This document shows, piece after piece, positions 39,031-43,844 of a DNA stretch of 43,844 nucleotides; positions within the stretch are counted from its first letter, which is position 1; the number at the start of each line of letters is the position of its first letter. The notes below the pieces were generated by a model, which was not told where the DNA came from, ran no database searches, and worked only from the letters and a program-made list of their open reading frames with translations. The position numbers were made by a program, and so were the translations under genes. The stretch lies in the sequence record SRR16203515_1307; one strand, 5' to 3'.

Positions 39031-40113
39031 TTGATGCGAGCTCCAATCAACTTTACTACTTTGGTTTTTTCTTTTAGTTGCTTAATATTTTGCGCTTTTA
39101 TAGCAGCTGAACCGAAAAATTCCGACGCTTACCTCATTGATGAAATAGATATTATTTTATCAGCGCAAAAGAAAAACGAACCAGGAATTAGCGTCCTTAT
39201 TCGAAAGCACAATAAGATAATATTCAAAGCTACCAAGGGGATCGCAAGCTTTTCCAACACAGAAAAGATTGCTTCAACCACAGGATTTAGGATTGGTTCG
39301 ATCAGCAAACCTTTTACCGCGTTAGCCGTAATGCAGTTAGTAGAACAAGGAAAGCTTTCGCTAGAAAGTGAAGTAAGGAATTATCTTCCACAGTTACGAG
39401 GATCATGGAATGGCGTAACGATAAAACATTTACTCTCACACCGAGTGTCTCTCTCAAAAGACTTCTTTTCAGATAGCAACCTATCTTTAGCCAACGGGTC
39501 TACAAATCATGACTTGTTAAAGTTCCTATCTACAGAAAGGGTAGATGTTAGAGCGTTAGCGTTTGACGAAGCCGTATATTGTAATAGCTGTTACGTTTTG
39601 CTTGCCGAAATTATTGCTGAGGCGAGTGGTGATAGTTTCGCAGATTATATGCGTGACAATATTTTTACTCCTGCCGGCATGCAACAATCTCACATCATAG
39701 AGAAAGGCAATCGCTTACGGCCATCAGATGCCTTGAATTATGGAAAAACAGAAGCTTTTTTTGGGATCAAACAATATACAACAGGGGCTATGGCGCAAGT
39801 GAGCAGCATCGACGACTTTAATCATTTTATAGATGCCCTAAAACAAGGGCACATAGTTAGTAGAGCCACTTTGAATTTGATGACTCAAGTTCACTCTGAT
39901 GCTGGCGACGATGGTACCTTTGGCTTAGGTTGGGTAATCGGTTGGGGAGAACCACCTTTCTTCTCTCATGGTGGCTCCCAAGATGGCTATCAATCTGAAC
40001 TATTCTTTCATCCAAAACATGATATTGAAGTTGTTATTTTATCGAATGGCGGTGAAAAGACCTACGCGATTCAATCAAAGTTGATGAGAGCTATTATTAC
40101 TCATTATAAATAA
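39031..40113 (+). CDS. Serine hydrolase, beta-lactamase/AmpC-like family
   Basis: FRIGSISK (SxxK), LLSH, YCN (YxN), HGG; signal peptide. Confidence 0.88.
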   Translation: MMRAPINFTTLVFSFSCLIFCAFIAAEPKNSDAYLIDEIDIILSAQKKNEPGISVLIRKHNKIIFKATKGIASFSNTEKIASTTGFRIGSISKPFTALAVMQLVEQGKLSLESEVRNYLPQLRGSWNGVTIKHLLSHRVSLSKDFFSDSNLSLANGSTNHDLLKFLSTERVDVRALAFDEAVYCNSCYVLLAEIIAEASGDSFADYMRDNIFTPAGMQQSHIIEKGNRLRPSDALNYGKTEAFFGIKQYTTGAMAQVSSIDDFNHFIDALKQGHIVSRATLNLMTQVHSDAGDDGTFGLGWVIGWGEPPFFSHGGSQDGYQSELFFHPKHDIEVVILSNGGEKTYAIQSKLMRAIITHYK

Positions 40114-40140
40114 AATTTTAGTGACTGGCTGCTGCTTAAA

Positions 40141-40914
40141 CTATTGCATCAGGTTGCTGTTTCTAGCCGCTAGCCAGCGTTCATACTCTTTAATACTGTA
40201 ACCTGCACTGAGAAATATAGGCTTAATTTTTTCTTGGGAAATGAGCTGGTTTACTGTCGCGTCTATGCGGCTAGCGATATCTTTTGTTCTAGGTGTTTTA
40301 CTATACATGGTATGAAAAGCGTTGATTTTGATGGGGAGTGCCATAGGCGTTAAGCAGGTTTTTTTGAGACTGTCGTCTAATGCTGAAGCACAATGTTTTT
40401 CCGCTACAGATTCAGAGAAAATAGCATAATCAATTCTTCCTTTACTCAGAAGGTTAAAAATTTGTTCAGAGCTACTTTTTCTATAGATATTAGGGAATGC
40501 TAGGCTATTTGCTAAAGAGTCGCCTATCGAGTTAGTTGTCACACCTATTAGCGAGTTCTGAGATTTTATTTCATCTAACGAAAGCGAATTTTTCTTCGTG
40601 GTGTACAAATAAATATTATCTAGCGCCATAGGTTGGCTGAAATATGCAATATCACTTCGTTCTTTTGAATAATAGGCGCCAATAATTGCGTCAATTTTTG
40701 CTAGCTTTAATTCATTCATCGCTCTGAGCCATAAATAAGGTTCAGACTGCAAAGTAAAGCCTCCTGAAACAGCGGCTAACTCAAAAACCTCCCAGTTAAC
40801 TTTGTAAGCTTTGGAATGTTTTAAATAGCTTTTATGATCTTCAAATAAGGCTACCGTGATTGTTTCCGCGTAGCTTGGAATCGACAAAAATATCAATAAA
40901 GCTAAAAGCTTCAT
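40141..40914 (-). CDS. Orphan periplasmic substrate-binding protein (family 3-like)
   Basis: ATG 40914 after AAGGAG gives signal peptide MKLLALLIFLSIPSYA; WLRA, ERS...FSQP, L-x-KGRIDY. Confidence 0.75.
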   Translation of the reverse strand: MKLLALLIFLSIPSYAETITVALFEDHKSYLKHSKAYKVNWEVFELAAVSGGFTLQSEPYLWLRAMNELKLAKIDAIIGAYYSKERSDIAYFSQPMALDNIYLYTTKKNSLSLDEIKSQNSLIGVTTNSIGDSLANSLAFPNIYRKSSSEQIFNLLSKGRIDYAIFSESVAEKHCASALDDSLKKTCLTPMALPIKINAFHTMYSKTPRTKDIASRIDATVNQLISQEKIKPIFLSAGYSIKEYERWLAARNSNLMQ

Positions 40915-41057
40915 AGCTCCTTCCTCATACAGCGCCAGACGTTCTAAATGTTCTTTAGAATTTAGATTTTTTATACAACTCACTCTACAGCTTTTTTGAG
41001 AGGTTTGTAAGTTTTGCTAAATCGGAGGTACTAGCTATTCGGCTTTCCAAACGCAAT

Positions 41058-41090
41058 AAAGCGCCAATCAATAATGCTTGGCGCTTTTTT
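41058..41090 (-). terminator. Terminator hairpin after ahpF
   Basis: AAAGCGCCAA...TTGGCGCTTT. Confidence 0.65.
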
Positions 41091-41118
41091 AGTCGTCTGA
41101 ATTTAGGTTTCTGGCGCG

Positions 41119-42669
41119 CTAGCCATTCCTAATAATATAATCAAATGCCGACAACGATGCTTTTGAGCCTTCGCCCATGGCGATAACAATTTGTTTATAA
41201 GGAACCGTAGAAACATCTCCCGCGGCAAAAATTCCAGGCTCAGTGGTTTGGCATCTTTCGTCAATAATCACTTCGCCGTGCTGGGTTCTTTCAACAATCC
41301 CACCAAGAAAGTCGCTATTTGGCAATAAACCGATTTGTACAAATACACCTGATAAGTCTTGTGTTTTAACTTCGCCGGACACTCGGTCTTCATAAGCTAA
41401 TGTAGTAACTTTTCCATTTTCAGCAATAACTTCTTTCGTCGCCGCGTTTTTGATAATGGTGATTTTCTCATGTGCTTCGGCTTTTTCGATTAATACTTGG
41501 TCTGCTTTAAGCTCAGGCAAAAATTCGAACACAGTCACGTGATTTACCATGCCTGCTAAATCTAGCGCCGCTTCAATACCCGAATTACCGCCACCGACTA
41601 CCGCAACATCTTTTCCTTTGAAGAAAGGGCCATCACAATGTGGGCAATAAGCCACACCATTGCCAATATTCTCCTTCTCGCCCGGTACGCCTAGTTCACG
41701 CCACTTTGCGCCGGTGGCAATAATCACTGTTTTTGTTTCAATTACTTCGCCACTTGAAAGGTGTAATTTCTTGGTATCACCTTTTTCGATTGTATCAACG
41801 CGCAAAAATTCTTTTACCGTGACTTCATAGTCATTTAAATGTGCCAGCATGTTGCCCGTTAACTCGGTGCCTGTTGTTTTAGGCACAGAAATTAGGTTTT
41901 CTATACCAACGGTATCTTTTACTTGCCCACCAATTCGGTCAGCTATCATGGTGACATTCAAGCCTTTGCGCGCTGCATAAATAGCAGAAGCTATGCCCGC
42001 AGGGCCGCCGCCAATAACGGTTACGTCTTGCAGTGGTAATTGTTCTGTTTCGCCGCCCGATAAAATCTGTGGAAAGCGTGCAATTAATTTATCGACTAGT
42101 TGCGCCGTATCAATTTTACCGTTGGCAAATAGTTCACCATTTAAGTAAACACTCGGTACACCTTGAATATTTCTTTCGTCTACTAAGCTCTGAAATAGCG
42201 CGCCATCGATCATTTCTGAGCTGATATTGCTATTTAGCAAGGCAAATTGATTGAGTGATTGAACAACGTCAGGGCAGTTGTGACAACTTAACGAAATAAA
42301 AACTTCGAAATGCAATTTATCTTCGATGCGTTGCACCATATCTACCAAGGTTTTATCGAGTTTCAGCTCCGTGCCTGACGATTGCAAAATAGCAAGAATA
42401 AGTGAATTAAACTCATGCCCGCTTGGTATGCCTGAAAAGAAAACGCCGTTACCTTTACCTTCTGTTTCTATATAAAAAGTAACAGGGCTACGCAAATTAT
42501 CGTCGCGTTCAACTAACAATAAATTGTCTGATACAGAAGTCAGTTGAGATAAAAAATCTCTTAAGTCGTTACGTTTTTCATGTTCGCCTGTTTGAAGCAC
42601 TAACGACACTTTGTTAGTCATGTTATTTGTGTAAGTTTTTACCGCGTTCAAAATATCTTGATTTAACAT
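41119..42669 (-). CDS. ahpF: Alkyl hydroperoxide reductase subunit F
   Basis: CHNCPDVVQ, GGGPAG, YCPHCDGP, GGGNSG, PYKQI. Confidence 0.97.
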   Translation of the reverse strand: MLNQDILNAVKTYTNNMTNKVSLVLQTGEHEKRNDLRDFLSQLTSVSDNLLLVERDDNLRSPVTFYIETEGKGNGVFFSGIPSGHEFNSLILAILQSSGTELKLDKTLVDMVQRIEDKLHFEVFISLSCHNCPDVVQSLNQFALLNSNISSEMIDGALFQSLVDERNIQGVPSVYLNGELFANGKIDTAQLVDKLIARFPQILSGGETEQLPLQDVTVIGGGPAGIASAIYAARKGLNVTMIADRIGGQVKDTVGIENLISVPKTTGTELTGNMLAHLNDYEVTVKEFLRVDTIEKGDTKKLHLSSGEVIETKTVIIATGAKWRELGVPGEKENIGNGVAYCPHCDGPFFKGKDVAVVGGGNSGIEAALDLAGMVNHVTVFEFLPELKADQVLIEKAEAHEKITIIKNAATKEVIAENGKVTTLAYEDRVSGEVKTQDLSGVFVQIGLLPNSDFLGGIVERTQHGEVIIDERCQTTEPGIFAAGDVSTVPYKQIVIAMGEGSKASLSAFDYIIRNG

Positions 42670-42798
42670 AGTGCTGCCTTTTCTAAAATAATGCCGTTAA
42701 TAAACAGGGTTGAAGAGTTTTAAAAATGAAATTGTTAGGAGAGGGAAAGTAGAACGGAACTGTTAGCGTCCCGTTCTTTTATCAACAACCAGTGGCTA

Positions 42799-43362
42799 TT
42801 AGATTTTTCCTACTAAATCTAAACTAGGTGTTAATGTTTCTTCGCCTTGTTCCCAAGCTGCAGGACAAACTTCACCGTCGTTTTCGCGAACATATTGTGC
42901 TGCTTTAACATTACGAACCATGTCTGTTGCGCTACGACCAATGCCACCTGCGTGAATTTGAGCTACTTGGATTACGCCGTCTGGATCTGCGAGGAAAGTT
43001 CCACGGTGTGCCATGTGGTCTTCTTCAATCATTACGTCGAAACCGCGAGTAATGTGGCCTGTTTGGTCGCCAACCATTGGGAATTTAATTTTGCCAATAG
43101 CGTCTGAAGAGTCATGCCATGCTTTATGAGAGAAGTGCGTATCAGTTGATACTGCATAGACTTCCACGCCTAATTTTTGCAGCTCTTCGTATTGATTCGC
43201 CATGTCTTCTAGTTCGGTTGGACATACAAATGTAAAGTCAGCTGGGTAGAACAAAAAGATTGACCATTTGCCTTTTACGCTGTCAGAAGTTACTTCAACA
43301 AATTCGCCGTTATGAAATGCTTGTGCTGTGAATTCTGGAATAGTTTTGCCTATCTGTGCCAT
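42799..43362 (-). CDS. ahpC: Alkyl hydroperoxide reductase subunit C (2-Cys peroxiredoxin)
   Basis: [28 protein letters not shown]. Confidence 0.97.
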   Translation of the reverse strand: MAQIGKTIPEFTAQAFHNGEFVEVTSDSVKGKWSIFLFYPADFTFVCPTELEDMANQYEELQKLGVEVYAVSTDTHFSHKAWHDSSDAIGKIKFPMVGDQTGHITRGFDVMIEEDHMAHRGTFLADPDGVIQVAQIHAGGIGRSATDMVRNVKAAQYVRENDGEVCPAAWEQGEETLTPSLDLVGKI

Positions 43363-43581
43363 GGGTTTTACCTCATTAGTTTTGGATTTTAAAAATGTTT
43401 AAATCTTCTTGGGTTAAAAGCGTGTTTGCTTTCGATGGGGAAATAATAGGGGATGTCTTGGTATTAATATAATTGATTGAATAGATATTAATGTTCTAAA
43501 AAATTGAATTACTTTCGTGTTTTGTCGATACTAGTATGGAAAAGACTTTTTACTCGTTCAGACTTTAAGGTAAGAAAAATA

Positions 43582-43844
43582 ATGATCTCAATTAAGCAAC
43601 TTACTTATGCACTTGCCGTTGAAAAAACGCTGCATTTCAAAAAAGCGTCAGAAGCGTGCAATGTTTCTCAATCGGCATTGAGCACAGCCATCAATGAACT
43701 TGAGAAGCAATTAGGCGTAACAATTTTCGAGCGCAATAATAAACAAGTGCTTGTGACAGACAAAGGGCAGTTGATTCTAAACAAAGCACGAAATGTGAAG
43801 CTTGAGCTGGATGAGTTGCTACAGATATCACAGTCGTACAAGCA
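43582..43844 (+). CDS. oxyR: OxyR-like LysR regulator, N-terminal part (3' truncated by window; absent from the ORF track)
   Basis: Hand translation: MISIKQLTYALAVEKTLHFKKASEACNVSQSALSTAINELEKQLGVTIFERNNKQVLVT; divergent from ahpC. Confidence 0.8.
   Translation, partial: MISIKQLTYALAVEKTLHFKKASEACNVSQSALSTAINELEKQLGVTIFERNNKQVLVTDKGQLILNKARNVKLELDELLQISQSYK

Noticed and set aside
796-43107. Numerous 60-143 aa ORFs antisense to or nested in clear genes (e.g. 1770-2042, 17830-18156, 29513-29944, 36770-37126, 42847-43107)
   Set aside because: Shadow frames of well-supported CDSs with no recognisable motifs
43460-43510. OxyR box upstream of ahpC
   Set aside because: Expected by context, but I could not fit the ATAG-N7-CTAT periodicity convincingly

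Overview
AT-rich gammaproteobacterial chromosome window; gene content and synteny suggest an Alteromonadales/Colwelliaceae-like organism (inference). From left to right it holds: the core block murA(3' end)-degS-degQ-zapG/zapE; two tandem exported small proteins sharing an acidic 9-residue repeat; AraC/acyl-CoA dehydrogenase/ilvE/FKBP; and a cobalamin uptake and salvage cluster (cobC, btuD/btuC-like, cobT, cobS, cobU, cobQ, btuF, btuB) with two cobalamin riboswitches. Next come a run of small minus-strand accessory genes with integron-cassette-like junctions, one of them frameshifted by a (TATAA)4 repeat, an M20 dipeptidase, a MacAB-like two-permease ABC exporter and an orphan LacI. The right end holds DUF429, a PadR pair with a clear double operator, an outer-membrane beta-barrel, a serine hydrolase, and ahpCF divergent from a truncated oxyR-like gene. 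I saw no tRNA, rRNA, CRISPR array, transposase or integrase. Family names come from motif recognition only; no database search was run.
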